NCBI GenBank assembly: GCA_028534125.1
Contig: CM052816.1
Location: 23,438,001-23,502,000 of the forward strand
Length of the DNA: 64,000 bases
Direction of reading: 5' to 3'
Origin: Lama glama
Lineage: Eukaryota
The translations under genes were made by a program, and so were the position numbers. Below are positions 1 to 11,719 of the stretch, in pieces. Within the stretch, counting starts at the first letter, position 1; each line of letters starts with the position of its first letter. The notes beneath the pieces are model-generated. The model saw only the letters and a list, made by a program, of their open reading frames with translations, did no database searches and was not told where the DNA came from.

Positions 1-865
1 TAACAATTATCCCAAACCCTGGGTCAAAATGGAGGGGGTAAAATCAAATGATGATCTCTATTGTTCAGACACAGCAAATGGCTTTTACTTTCTAGTTCCA
101 AAAAGCCTCTTAGGCAGGCTCTCACCCCTGCCATTTTCCTCCATGGAATGGAGAGCAGAAAAGCAACTACTGCCAAATAAAATGTAAACCTTAGAAAAGA
201 AATGTGAAATCACAGACCCATAACCTTGAAAGGACTGACTGGATTCTAATATCATCCATTAGTCAACTGCTCCCAGCCTTTGAGTTAACTCCTTCTCAAC
301 TCGTTTCTCACAGCAACAGCGAACAGGTGTCCTGCGTGAGAGTGGATGTGTTTAAATTCCAGACAGCTGTCAGAATGTCATTCCCTAGAGGACTGTTCTG
401 ACAACTTTGAAGTAGGACTTGGAAAAAAAAACCCAACAAACTATGAGATAACAGATGAGAAACTAGGGGTGAGGGGCCAACAAGGAGGAGACCCAGCAGT
501 GAGCAGGTTGGCTGTCTTCCAATCTCCTAAAAGACACCACGTGGTGGGCTTATTTTGAAAAACAAAAAGAAAGAAAACCAGTGGGAAGGGTTACAAGGAG
601 ACAGTTTCACGAGGTATTGCGAAGAAACATAACCATCTAGAAGGAGAGGGCTATTAATGCACCCAATTAGCCTTCAGATTGAGTGAGTGCCCTGGAGATG
701 TTCCACGGGAGGTAAACGGTGCAGACTCCTGGGTGGTGCGGCCGAGGGCGAAGTTCAGGGCGCACTCTGGAAGGGGATGGGGTGCATGCAAATCAGGCCG
801 GTCTAGGAGGCGGCGGCGGGGAGTGGCGGGGGGACGTGGGGAGCCGAGGAAGGAAAGGCGCTTAC

Positions 866-1518
866 CAGGCCACCTCCGCAGGTACTGAAAGAGGCCAGCG
901 AGCCGGGGTGCCGCAGCACAGCCCCGGTGTAGAAGCAGGCGGCGTCTGGCGGCGCGGGAGGGCGCGGGGCGGCGGCTGCCCGCGTGGGGCCGGGGCCCGG
1001 ACTCGGACGCTGCTCCACCGCGAAGCGCGGCGCCAGGAAGCGGCCGTCTCTCCGGAGCAGCAGGTACAGGTCCCGGGAGAAGGCCGGGATCCTCAGCAGT
1101 ACCTCTTCGCCGTCCGGCTCGGCTTGCTGGGCCGGGGGCGGAGACGGGGGCGGCTGTGGGGGCGGCGGCGGCTGCCACGAGGCCGGGGCGCCCGGGGACA
1201 GGGCGGCAGCCCCGCTGGCTGCCCGCGGCAGCTCCTGCGATTCGAGCTCCTCGTCCTCTTCGCCCCCCGGCGGCGGGGGCCCGGGCCGGGGCTCAGACCG
1301 GCCTTCGGCGGGCTCCTGGGGCGGCGCCGGGGCCACGGAGCGCACCTCGCGGGAGCTGCCGGCCGTCTGCAGCCGGGCGCCTCCGCCGCCCGTAACGCCG
1401 CGCACCCAGCTCGGGTCAGCGCTCCCCCCGCTGCCGCCGGCCGCATCCACCGGCTCCCGGCGCCAGAGTGCAGGAAACACGACTTCCCACTCCTCGCGGT
1501 CGGGGGCGAACTGCAGCC
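866..1518 (-). CDS. ADAMTS19: ADAMTS19 coding exon 2 (Pro/Gly-rich propeptide)
   Basis: Acceptor ...ccccgcccgcAG| at 1520-1519. 653 nt (2 nt + 217 codons), in frame with exon 1: (G)LQFAPDREEWEVVFPALWRREP...EVLLRIPAFSRDLYLLLRRDGRFLAPRFAVEQRP...CFYTGAVLRHPGSLASFSTCGGGL. Ends at the phase-0 donor CTG|GTAAGC (865-864). Typical ADAMTS (M12B) prodomain motifs. Confidence 0.97.
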
Positions 1519-2142
1519 CTGCGGGCGGGGCAGACAGAGAAGTGCGGGGCTTAAAGTGCCGCGGTTCCAGTAGTACAAGCATCCCCAAGCTCACACTCCG
1601 CGCAGACACAGAGCTCTCGGGTAACGCGCTGGAGACCACCCGTCTAGCCCCTGAAACTCTTGCAACCCCCGAAGCCTAGCGATCAGATTACAAACCCCAG
1701 CATTTTCAAAATAAAAGTACGATTATGGGGGAAAGGGAGGGGGGAGGGGGCCGCAAAGTTTGGTGACAGCATTTAGTTGTTGAAGAGAAAACCGGTACAA
1801 ACACTCCAGCACAACTAAAACTTTTTCTAAGTATCTGCCAGAGCAAGCCACTGCTATCAATTTCTTTACTTGCCAGTTTTCCTCCAGGTGCTGTAAACGT
1901 ACCTTTGCGAATCTTACTAGTCTCTTTGGGGAAAACAGCATTTCACGAGGTCAAAATGAGGCCACGAGAAGCGCGCTTCGCTCGCGAGCGTGACGCTCTC
2001 ATCCGCACCCGCACGCTCGTTTTGATTGCTGCCCGCTGAGCCCCGCTCACCGCGCACAGCTGCACCAGCCCTGCCGACCCGTGCGTTCTCGGTTTCCGCT
2101 GCGGAAGTGGTAAAGCAAGTCGAAAGTCACGGAAGAACTTAC

Positions 2143-2233
2143 CTGAAACGATCCCATTCGACAGGACCCCCAGCTGGTAAAGGAGGCAGCAACAGCAGAT
2201 GTGAGTCAGGCGCATCTCGCGGCTCTTCCCCAT
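2143..2233 (-). CDS. ADAMTS19: ADAMTS19 coding exon 1 (signal peptide region)
   Basis: ATG at 2233 (GGT-ATG-G, good Kozak context). Encodes MGKSREMRLTHICCCCLLYQLGVLSNGIVS, matching the mammalian ADAMTS19 N-terminus as I recall it. 91 nt, ending in a phase-1 donor CAG|GTAAGT (GT at 2142-2141). Confidence 0.96.
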
Positions 2234-4579
2234 ACCGCGCTCCCGGCCCCGCGCGCGCCTCCCTGCGCGATCCACCGCGGGCGCCGCCGCCTCCCGGAGC
2301 GCAAGGAGGCCGGGCGGCGAGTTTGCCCAGGCCCTTTGTCTGCCGGGGGGTGGGAGGGGGGGTGCTGTGTGACTCCGAGAGGCTGCCGGAGCACGGGTGG
2401 GGGTGGGGTGGGGGAGGAGCGGGGGCAGGCAGCGCCGCGGCCCCGCAGCGCTCCGGCTCCCTGGCGGATTAGGTGATGAGTCTTATTTTCTGTGTTCTGG
2501 ACGTTGCAGGAGTTTCCGGAGCCCCACAGGACAGCCCCACCGTCAGCGGAGAGCCGGCAGGGGCAGGGCGGGCAGCGCTGCCTCGGGACGGGCGGAGGAC
2601 TGCCCCGCGCGGGCAGGAGCGCCGCGGTGTCCGAGCCGGGGCTCGCCGCCGGCACCCGCGCGGAGCTGCCAGGGGCTGGTGCCACAGTCCCAGCAGCCCG
2701 GCGTGCCAGGCTCCGCACCCTCCTCGGGACCGGAGTGCTGCAGGCTTCTACCCGCAGTGGCGCGGGAGGGAATTTGCAAGAGGATGAGGAGAGGACACGA
2801 CTCGTGAGGTGGGGTGTGGAGAAGATAAGATTCAAGCAGATCTGACAAGAAGCAGGAACCAAGGGGTGCCCGCCAAGCATGACTTTGCGGGACAAAGGTC
2901 CCAGAACACCGCACACGTGCTCACACGCCCGGTAGGGGTGGGGTGGGGACCCAAATTCCCTCACCTGATTCCCGATTGGCCACTCGGGGAGGCCGGATTT
3001 GCATCCTCACGTAGCAGCCCCCCTCCCTGCTGAGGTGTGTGCAGGTAAAAGGTCCCCCCTCCCGCCCTCGGCCTCTTACTCTGGCTCCTCCTTCAGTGGA
3101 ATTCTCTCCCTCCCCACCCCCCCCCCCCGCATCCGGACATCACACAAAGCCAAACTTAGAGTCTTGAGCACAAAGCAGCGGCCCCATTTACCAAAGACCT
3201 TTGATTTTTCTTCCCATCTTTGTCTCTAGGAATTTTCTAAGCCTGGAGATAATGTAATTCGTCATGGCATGTGCTTCAAAGGTTCCCAGGACAGTAGACA
3301 CCCTGACATTTCAGAGCCCCTTATCCCACCTTATCGTTCGGCTTCCCATTCATCAGTGCTATCGGTTTCTCTCCTGCCAGCTTGCTCTCTCTCACTCGTG
3401 TGCACACACACAACTCCCACGAATATATACACCAAACACACTCCAGTGAGGGTGAGATTAAGGAGACCAGCATTAAATACTGTATTCTAAAGATCTCAGG
3501 CCAAATGAGATTATTTTTGCCTTTTTTACTGTTGTTTTTTGTTTTGCACTTTTAAAACGTTTTTGCTATTGCTCTTTTGGGAGAAATTGAACCTTAAACA
3601 TTCTTGCTTCCTTTGTTCTAGCTCTTCATAGCACCTCCTCCCCCTTACCACATCTTTCTTGGACACATCAAACCTTTCACACCAGACTCAAGGGTGATTG
3701 ATCCCATCCTCTGGACTAGGCCAGACACCTAGAAATAAGAGTTCATGCAAATCAGTTTCAAAAATTCCAGCAATGAGGTTGGTTCCCCACATCCTTGGTC
3801 GTCTTACCTTCTGTTCCTGGTGTCAAAGGTGACTATTGTGCGTTTAAGGGAGGCAGATGATCTTATTTCAAAAGCAAACCACTGTTTGAATAAGCTGGGT
3901 CCTAGAATACTTTCTTTCACTTGTCCATAGTTTAAAAACAAACACAAAGACACTCGAGGTGTGTTTGTCTCCAAACCTTGTCTTATAAAATCTCTAAAAC
4001 TGGAGTAACTAGGGTGGGTGTGGGTTTCCAGACACCCAAGAAATAGCTGGGTTTCTTAGGAGCCTACACTCCTTTTTATGGAACTCAATTATACAGAGTT
4101 AAAGCTAGACAAGGAATCAGAGGCAGTTTATTTCTAAGCAATAAAGCAAAATTTTAAGACAGAAGGCTAGTTTCAGTGAAACACCTCCACAGGGATATGA
4201 GTCTTAAATAAAAGGTTTCTCATATTTTAACAACAATGACAACAAAAAATCTAAAACTGTAGAAGGAATTCATATTAATTTGTATGCATTTATTGGGATA
4301 CATTTGTGATTCCTTAAATAGAGCCATATGATTCCTTAGATGAGCCGTAAGATTAAATTAAATGTCCTTTAAAAACACAGGTTGCCTATTAAGTTCCCCC
4401 ATCTGCCTTCTTCCACCCAGCCCCCAACCAGCATATAACCCATACCACTTCCTTTTGGTAGAGGTTAATATTGATGGTTACAGAAATGTTTGCTTAATTC
4501 CCAGCTAGCTCTACTCTTTCTCCCATTTGAAATATTGTTATAATTTATTTGTATATTTTCAAAGGCTATCATAAATCTT

Positions 4580-4712
4580 CTGGGTTTTGATGATGCATGT
4601 ACATATTTCTTCTACAAGACTATCAATTTTTTGGAAAGGTAGGAATGATTTCTTTATACATCTTTTTTCACACCGCTCTGCCTAATACAATGATTTATGC
4701 TGGATGGGTGTG
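4580..4712 (+). mobile_element. LINE2 3' end remnant
   Basis: Degenerate match to the L2 3' tail (...ggtaggaatgatttctttatacatc...gcctaatacaatg). Confidence 0.45.
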
Positions 4713-5514
4713 GAAATTCTCAGCAAACCCTCCAAAGTGCTTTAGAAGATGACAGACATTGACTTCTGTACGTTATTTTATACCAATTTCAATTCCTTGA
4801 CCCAGAATTACAAGGCTAGAGCTGTTGGTGATGAGCTACTGTCAGCCTGATTTATGTGGCTTACAGAGAAAACAACCCTAAGAGGGAAAGGACCAGTGTG
4901 GAGAGCTAGTGCTTGACTAGAAGAGACTTAGATGTGCAGATAAGAGCATCAGTTAGAAGTGGGTTTGAGTGTGTATGTATGTGAGAAAAGAACTAGCCTG
5001 ATTTGGAACTGAGTAAATTGTATGTGGTGAAATAGAGGAGAAAAGGCAGGACTGTGACATGTGTGTGCATTACCAACCTTAGAGGGAAGAAAAGAGCAGC
5101 TGGGGAAAATATGTTAGTTAAGACAGGTCACTATGTCACCAGATGGTAGCTAGCATCAAGCAAGCACTGCCTCTGTGGGGTGGAGGTAAGTGACAAAGCA
5201 TCAGAGTAAGTGGAACCAACTGTTCTGATACACGGGGTGCTCATATGTTGCATTTCATAACCCAGGCTTCTCTCTGTAGAAAGTTGGCTTTGATGCCTTC
5301 AGCTCTTCCTCATTCTCTTCACCTGTTGGCCCGAAGCCTCTCAAGACCAAAAGCTAATCTCCTTTCCCCTCCAAAAAACCTTAAAATCTTAAGAAAATGC
5401 AAAGAACTCTTTCACTGTGTTGCATGAGGATATCAACTCCCGGTTGCACTCACATCTAAATTGACATCAAGGCGTAAACTAGTTCTGACCATGACAGAGT
5501 AAGAGGAACCAGAT

Positions 5515-5789
5515 TTAACTCTTATCTGAAGCAATTAGAAAAAGAAACAAAATGTAAAAAACACTAGTTTTCAGACATTGGACAACAGCAGGCGAGGACC
5601 CTGACTGTGAGAGAAGGGGAGCAAATAGGTGATGGACACAGTTTCCCCAGCTTACCTGCTGGAGCCAATTTCCAAGCTTCAGCACAGGGAGGAGAAATCC
5701 AGAGTCCTGAAGACTAGTGGAGTTGAGAAGGCAGAGCAAGATGACTGGAACTTACAGGACACAGTGCCAGAGAGGAGGAAGCTACATAG
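5515..5789 (+). mobile_element. Old L1 (L1MC/L1MD-type) 5' region, left part, interrupted by the MaLR
   Basis: ttttcagacattggacaacagc...tgagagaagggg...ccccagcttac...agtgccagagaggaggaagctaca resembles the L1M 5'-end consensus. The sequence resumes at about 10558. Confidence 0.6.
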
Positions 5790-6233
5790 TGTAGCAGCTA
5801 CCTATTGCTGCGTAAGGAACTCAGTGGTTTAAAACAAACATTTATCATGTCACATGGTTTCTGAGGCCCAGGAACCTAGAAGTAGGATATTTCTTCTGCT
5901 CAGGGTCTCTCACAAGACTTCAAACTAGTGACCAAGGTTACAGGTTCTGAACACTTAATGAAATTAGAGGTTCTGTTTTCAAAGAAACTTTGAAACTGTT
6001 GGCAGGAGACTTTGTCACATTGACCTCTCCATAGGGCTGCTCATTACACGTGTTTCCTCAGAACAAGTGAGGCAAGAGAAAACTGGAAGCTATGGTCTTT
6101 TTATAACCTAATGAAGATGGCATACCATCATGTCTACCATAGTCTGTTCATTGGAAACAAATTACTAAGTCCAACCTACCCTCAAAGGGGGAAGTTCTAC
6201 AAAGAATTTATGGACATATTTTAAAAACCATCA
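5790..6233 (-). mobile_element. MaLR (MLT1-family) LTR, left
   Basis: TG...CA termini, ctattgctgcgtaa...cagtggtttaaaacaa and caaagaatttatggacatatt motifs typical of a reversed MLT1 LTR. Homologous to 10111-10557. Confidence 0.8.
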
Positions 6234-9200
6234 GAGGGCACTTACATCCTCTGGCAAGAAAATTATTTGCACTCCCGTCTTGTGCAAAGTATATTCATCC
6301 TCTCCCAATACTATCAAAGGCTCATCTTATTAAAACATGAGCTCAAAGTCCAGAATCTTACCATCTGAATGCTGGCTAGGTGTACATGAACGTCTTCAGT
6401 GTAGTTCATTAAGTAGAGCTCCTTGAATTTAGTCCTCTCTCTATAAACTTGTGAAATTAAAGTAACAATTTATCTGCTGCTCATACACCCAACATATTGT
6501 GGTGGGACAAGCAGAGGATAATTACTATAGACATTTCTGCTCAAAAGGGAGGGAAGGAGGAGGCAAAAAGGAGTCACTGGTCCACAGCAATTCTAAAATC
6601 CAACTGGGAAAATGTAAAGTTCCTTGCTTATTTCTCAGGGTCTGAATAATTCTCCATGGCTTGGGGCTCTGTCCTCTAGGAGTTTCTATCTACCCTCTGA
6701 GTCATCCTTCCATTTTCATGAAAAGCAGTGTGCATTTGCGACTGCATAGTTTTCTCAGTTGACTTCCTGGCAGTAGAATTTATGGTGCCAACAACTCCGT
6801 ATCATTTTATATAATTTCTGTCCCCTTCTGACCAGAAATGTTTCTGCATATGTAATTCTGTTTTTCAAACTTTGTGGGTCTTCCGTGAATCTTTATGGGT
6901 TCACCTCATTAGATAACAACCACAACCTCAAATCTCTTGTGAGATAAACCCTTCCCTACCGTGAGCTGAGAGACAGTGCTCTTAGACTTCTTAGGAGCTG
7001 TTGTTTAACTGAAAGGATCTGCAAGACACACAGTTAAGCATTTGAGAGGGCCTTCACTCTGACTAAAAGATAGCCACCGTGTGATCTTTATTCTTAACAA
7101 AAGATTACAGTTACACCCTTGGCTTCATCATTAGGCCATGCTCTCCTAAAAGTGCCCTGGATCTTATCTTTGATCTGATGCAATTTGATCTTAATATTGG
7201 CATTATTTCCCAGAAAAAGAGGTTGAAATTTTTCAGAGACATCAGGTCCTGGCTGGCTTGTGTTAACAGTTTTTCTTTTGTTTCTCTCACCTTTCATATT
7301 TTGTGTTAAAAAGAATAAACCAGGTGGCACCTTCAAAAAATTTTTGGAAATAACCTTAGGTTGATGAACCAGTTTATTCGGCGCATTTGTCTACTGCAGA
7401 CAACAGTGTTGCTAAATGTAATGTCATTACACAAAAAGGATTCCTTTTCCTTTAGTTTCCAATATTTACCTCACTTTCCTACAAGCCTTTAACTATAGCC
7501 TTACCAAACATCATATGGCTTCAATTAAAAGCTTTTTCAAGGTATTAAAAACATTAAATATGTAGTTTAAAAACTTTCAGAAAAAAAATCCATAGCTCCA
7601 GATGGTTTCGATGGTTAATTCTACTGAACATTTGTTTTTAAAGTTACACCAATTCTACATAATCTTTTCCAGAAAATAGAAGACCACACTTTGTAACTAA
7701 TTTTATGAGGCTGGCATTACCCTCATACCAAAACCAGACAAAGCCAGTACAAAAAGGGAAAATACAGACCAATGTATTTCATGAATATAGATGCAAAATC
7801 AACAAAATATTAGCAAATTGAATCCAGCAACGTATAAAAAAGAATAATGTAATATGACCAGTGAGGTTTTTAAGAAATGCAAGGCTAGTTCAATATTCCA
7901 GAATCAATCAATGTAATCCACCATAACAACAGGCTAAAGAAGAAAACCACATGACTATACCAATTGATGCAGAAAAGGCATTTTACAAATTCAACATCCA
8001 TTCATGATTAAAATGCTCAGCAAATTGGAATAGGAGTAGAAGGGAAATTCTTCAACTGTATAGAAAATACTTATTTTTAAAAATTGCAACTAAGAGCAAA
8101 AGACTGAATGCTAACCCTCTAAAATTGAGATCAAGGCATAGATATCCACTCTCATCACTCCTATTCAGCATATTAGAAATCCTAACTAGTATACTAAAGC
8201 AAAAAAATAAAATAAAATAAAGAAATAAAAGTAATACACATTAGAAAAAGATAAATAAAATTCTCCCTGTTTCTGTTAGAAAATCCTCAAAATAAATATT
8301 TAAAAATTCCTGGAGTAATAAGCAAGATCACAGGACACAAGGTCAACACCAGAAATCAACCATAGTTCTCTATGCTAGCAGTGAACATTTGGAAACTAAA
8401 GTTAAAATTCAGTAACATTTACATTAGCTCCAACACAATGAAATATTTAGTGTAAATGTAATCAAACATGTATAGGATTTACATGCTGAAGACCACAAAA
8501 CATTAATTAAAATTAAAGACCTAAATAAATGGAGAGACATACTGGGCTTGTGGTTTGGAAGAATAAACAAATTAAAGATGACAATTCAGCTGCAAGTATC
8601 TTTCTGATAGCAATTCCTATCAGTATCCCAGCAGGATTATTGTCTAGATATAGACAAACTGATTTTTAAGTATAGATGGAAACAGAAAGAACCGAAAATA
8701 GTGGAAAAGTTGACAAACGAGAATAAAGTCTGAGGACAAACCACCACCTAATATTAAGGTCTACTCTATAGCTACAGTACTCCATAGATTAGTTAGGTCA
8801 GAGTAGAGAATCCAAAGATATTTTCACATAATTAGTCAACTCATGTTTGAAAAAGGTGCAAAAGCAATCCACTGGAGAAGGGGTAGTCTCTTCAACAAAT
8901 GGGTTTGAAACAACTGGACATCAATGACAAAAAAATAGTAAATAAAATCTGAACTTGAATCTCATATCTTACAGAAAAATTAAAGCAAATCTCAAAAATA
9001 ACCATAAAACCTCTAGAAGGAAACATGGAATATAATCTTTGGTCTTATCAGGATTAAACAAAGAATTCTTAGACATGACACCAAAAGCAGAATCCATAAA
9101 AAAAACAATTTTTAAAATAAAAATAAAGCCATTTAAAAATGATAGATTGGAATTCATCAAAATTAAAAGGATTTTCTCTGGAAAAACACCCAGTTAAGAG

Positions 9201-10110
9201 ATGGGTCACAGACTGGGAGAAGATATTTGAAAGCCATGTATCTGACAAAGAATATATATTCAGGATATTTTTTAAAATCTTTGAAATAATTACTAAGAAA
9301 ACAATCTAACAGGAAAATAGACAAAAGACTTGAATAGCAAGTATATACAGAAGCAATAAGCACATGAAAAAATGTTAAACATCAGTAAGTGGTAGAAAAA
9401 TGCATATTAAAACCATGATTAAATCCATCACATACCTATTAGAATGGCTAAAATACAAAGTACTGACAATTTAAAGTGCTTTCAAGAATGTGGAATCAAT
9501 TGGGACTCATATGTTAAACAAATATAGAATGGATCTCGCATTATGTTGAATGTAAAGTCACTCTCAAAAGGTGGCTTGCTGTATGATTCTATTTACAAGT
9601 TATTCTTGAAATGGCAAAATTATGGTGATGGAGAACATATCAGTGGCCGCCCGGGATTATGTTGGGGAGGAGTTTGTGTCTATAAATAAATGGCAAAAGT
9701 GAGTTTTATTATGATAATGGAATAGTTCTGTATCTTAATCATGGTTGTTGTTACACAAATCTATGCATGAGAGTATCTCATAGCACTATACACATGCACC
9801 TGGTGAGATACAAGGCTTGTAGTTTACTTAAAAATATCATGTCAGTCTCAATTTCCCAGTATGGATAATGTACTGTGGTCATATTAGACACTGTCATTGT
9901 TAGAAATTGGATGATGGATACATAGAAATTATCTGTATTATATTTACAAATTTTCTGAGTACCAAACTATTTCAAAATAAAACCTCAAGTAGAGCTTCTT
10001 CAAGGGCTTTTAAGCTTTCACTGATAATCTCAATGACCACTGCCCAGCTCCAGGGCCATTCTCACAATTTTAGCTGTTCCTACAGCAACACTTACTTCAA
10101 TGTAACAAAA
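6234..10110 (-). mobile_element. MaLR internal sequence (MLT1-int), split by an L1 at about 7543-9990
   Basis: Lies between two co-oriented LTRs. Has MLT-int-like motifs (gctcaaagtccagaatc; cactgcccagctccagggccattctcacaattttag...aacaaaa before the right LTR). Confidence 0.7.
7543..9990 (+). mobile_element. 5'-truncated L1 (L1MC/L1MD-type), degenerate ORF2 plus 3'UTR
   Basis: Clear ORF2 remnants (ccagatggttt, ttttatgaggctggcattaccctcataccaaaaccagac, gatgcagaaaaggcatt). The 3'UTR ends in tatttcaaaataaaa. Candidate TSD at 7528-7542 and 9991-10005. Confidence 0.9.
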
Positions 10111-10557
10111 TGTGTATTATTATCTATTGCTACATAAAAAGTTACCCCAAAACTTAGCATTTAAAAAAATAAACATTTATTATGAAATCTTACACAGTCT
10201 CTTCGTGTCAAGAATCTAAGTAGGATTTATCTGGGTAGCTCTAACTCAAGATTTTTCATAAAATTCCAGCTAAACTATTAGCCAGAGCTACAGGCTATAG
10301 GTGCTGATGATGTCACTGGGCCCTGCAGGTTCTGGCTTCCCTCGGAGCAACTATCCAAGAGGGAGCAAGACAGTGCACACAAGAAGGAAGCCACAATATT
10401 GGGACAGCCTAACCACACTATCCCATCGCTTCTGCTATGATCTTTTTGTCAGACATGGGTCAAAGTCCAACGCGCATCTAAGGGGAGAGAACTAAATTCC
10501 ACCATCTGAGGGAAGGAATGTCAAAGAATTTGTGGACATATTCTTACAACTACCACA
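10111..10557 (-). mobile_element. MaLR (MLT1-family) LTR, right
   Basis: tgtgtatt..tatctattgctacataaaaagttaccccaaaacttag ... caaagaatttgtggacatattcttacaactaccaca. Paired with 5790-6233. Confidence 0.8.
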
Positions 10558-11690
10558 GAAAAGAGGAACTCTGGTGTTGCTGAGTGAACTTTAAAGTAAC
10601 TGTGGTCTGATTTGTACATATGTGTGAAGAAACCATCCACAGTCTAGGGGGAAAAGGCAGAAAGCATGAGGACAAACAATACTTCAAGTTCTGTGTATTC
10701 CCACCAGCTACAGGGGAAGAACTTCATAATGCCAGGGGCATTGACAGTGCTCTTAAAACATTATTTGCTTAATAGCGGGGCTAAATTAGCCTTGTACTTA
10801 AAACTGATTTGAGCCCATCGTAATAATACTTAAAAGTAAGCCTCACCATAATCCATCTGATTCCAAGTAACTTAATTGCCTGCTGGAATAAAGTCCACTG
10901 TATTTAAATAAATAACAATAATAAGCAGCAGTAAGAATGTAAATTTCTCATTCTCTGGAAGCCAATATTCTCTGGAAGCCAGGCATGCATACAGCAGAAA
11001 GATGTTTCCCATAACAAGGAAGAAAATCAAATTAGTAAATATAGATCCAGACATGACAAAAGTAATAGAATGAGCCAACACAATAATTAAAACAGCTATT
11101 GTAGATACGCTGTAACTTTATAAGAAGATAGAGGAAAACACAAACCTGATGTGGAGGGAAGTTCAAAAGACCCAACTGGAAACTCTAGAGATTAAAAAAA
11201 AATACAGTATTTTGAATGAAATACACATCAGGTGGGATTAAAAGGAGATTAGACACTTCAGGAAAAAAAGATTAGGAAAGCTGAAGACATAGCAACAGAA
11301 ATTATCCCAAGTGAAGCACAGAAAGAAAAATATAAGAAGAAATGACTTGAACAGTGGTGAGCTATGGGATAATAACAAATGATCCAACATATGAGTAGTT
11401 GGAGTCATAGAGGGAGAGAAGAAATGGAAGCAGAAAGTAAACTATTTGAAGAAATAAAGCTGATGATTGTCCTAATTTGATAAAAATTATAAACATACAT
11501 ATGCAAGCAGAGTGTACCTAATGAAAACTATGCTAACGCACATCTTGATAAAATTGCTGAAAACAAAAGAAAAACAGAAAAATCTCAAAAGCAGCCAGAA
11601 GAAAAAAGACACTATGCAGATAGGCAAAGATAAGGACAGCAGAGTTCTCATCCAAACCCATGCAAACCAGAAGAGGGAAAGAAGAAAAGA
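10558..11690 (+). mobile_element. Old L1 5' region plus degenerate ORF1, continuing 5515-5789
   Basis: A-rich ORF1 remnants (tgggattaaaaggagattagacact, ctatgggataataacaaatgatccaacat, HILIKLLKTKEKQKNLKSSQKK in ORF 11512..11745). Confidence 0.75.
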
Positions 11691-11719
11691 GGGAGAAGGG
11701 GAGAGGGAGAGAGAGAGAA

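Larger units (their letters stand above)
700..3150. promoter_or_regulatory. CpG island / ADAMTS19 promoter spanning exons 1-2 and the upstream region
   Basis: Very high GC and CpG density against AT-rich, CpG-poor flanks. Contains GC boxes and G-runs upstream of the ATG. A short AT-richer gap lies in intron 1 (about 1690-1950). Confidence 0.9.

Noticed and set aside
803..1639. Full ORF 803..1639 as a single-exon protein
   Set aside because: Only 866-1518 is bounded by splice sites and ADAMTS19-like; the extensions are intronic.
654..1679. Long overlapping ORFs (719..1573 +, 984..1679 +, 654..1178 -, 1093..1578 -)
   Set aside because: Shadow frames of the GC-rich ADAMTS19 exon 2. Stop codons are rare at this composition and the peptides are low-complexity.
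2026..2964. ORFs across the promoter, including the MDRAGRR extension from 2275
   Set aside because: CpG-island artefacts. The 2275 start is GTG, not ATG, and there is no recognisable homology.
4307..4349. About 22-bp imperfect tandem duplication (tgattccttaaatagagccata / tgattccttagatgagccgta)
   Set aside because: Two copies only; ordinary slippage duplication, not an array.
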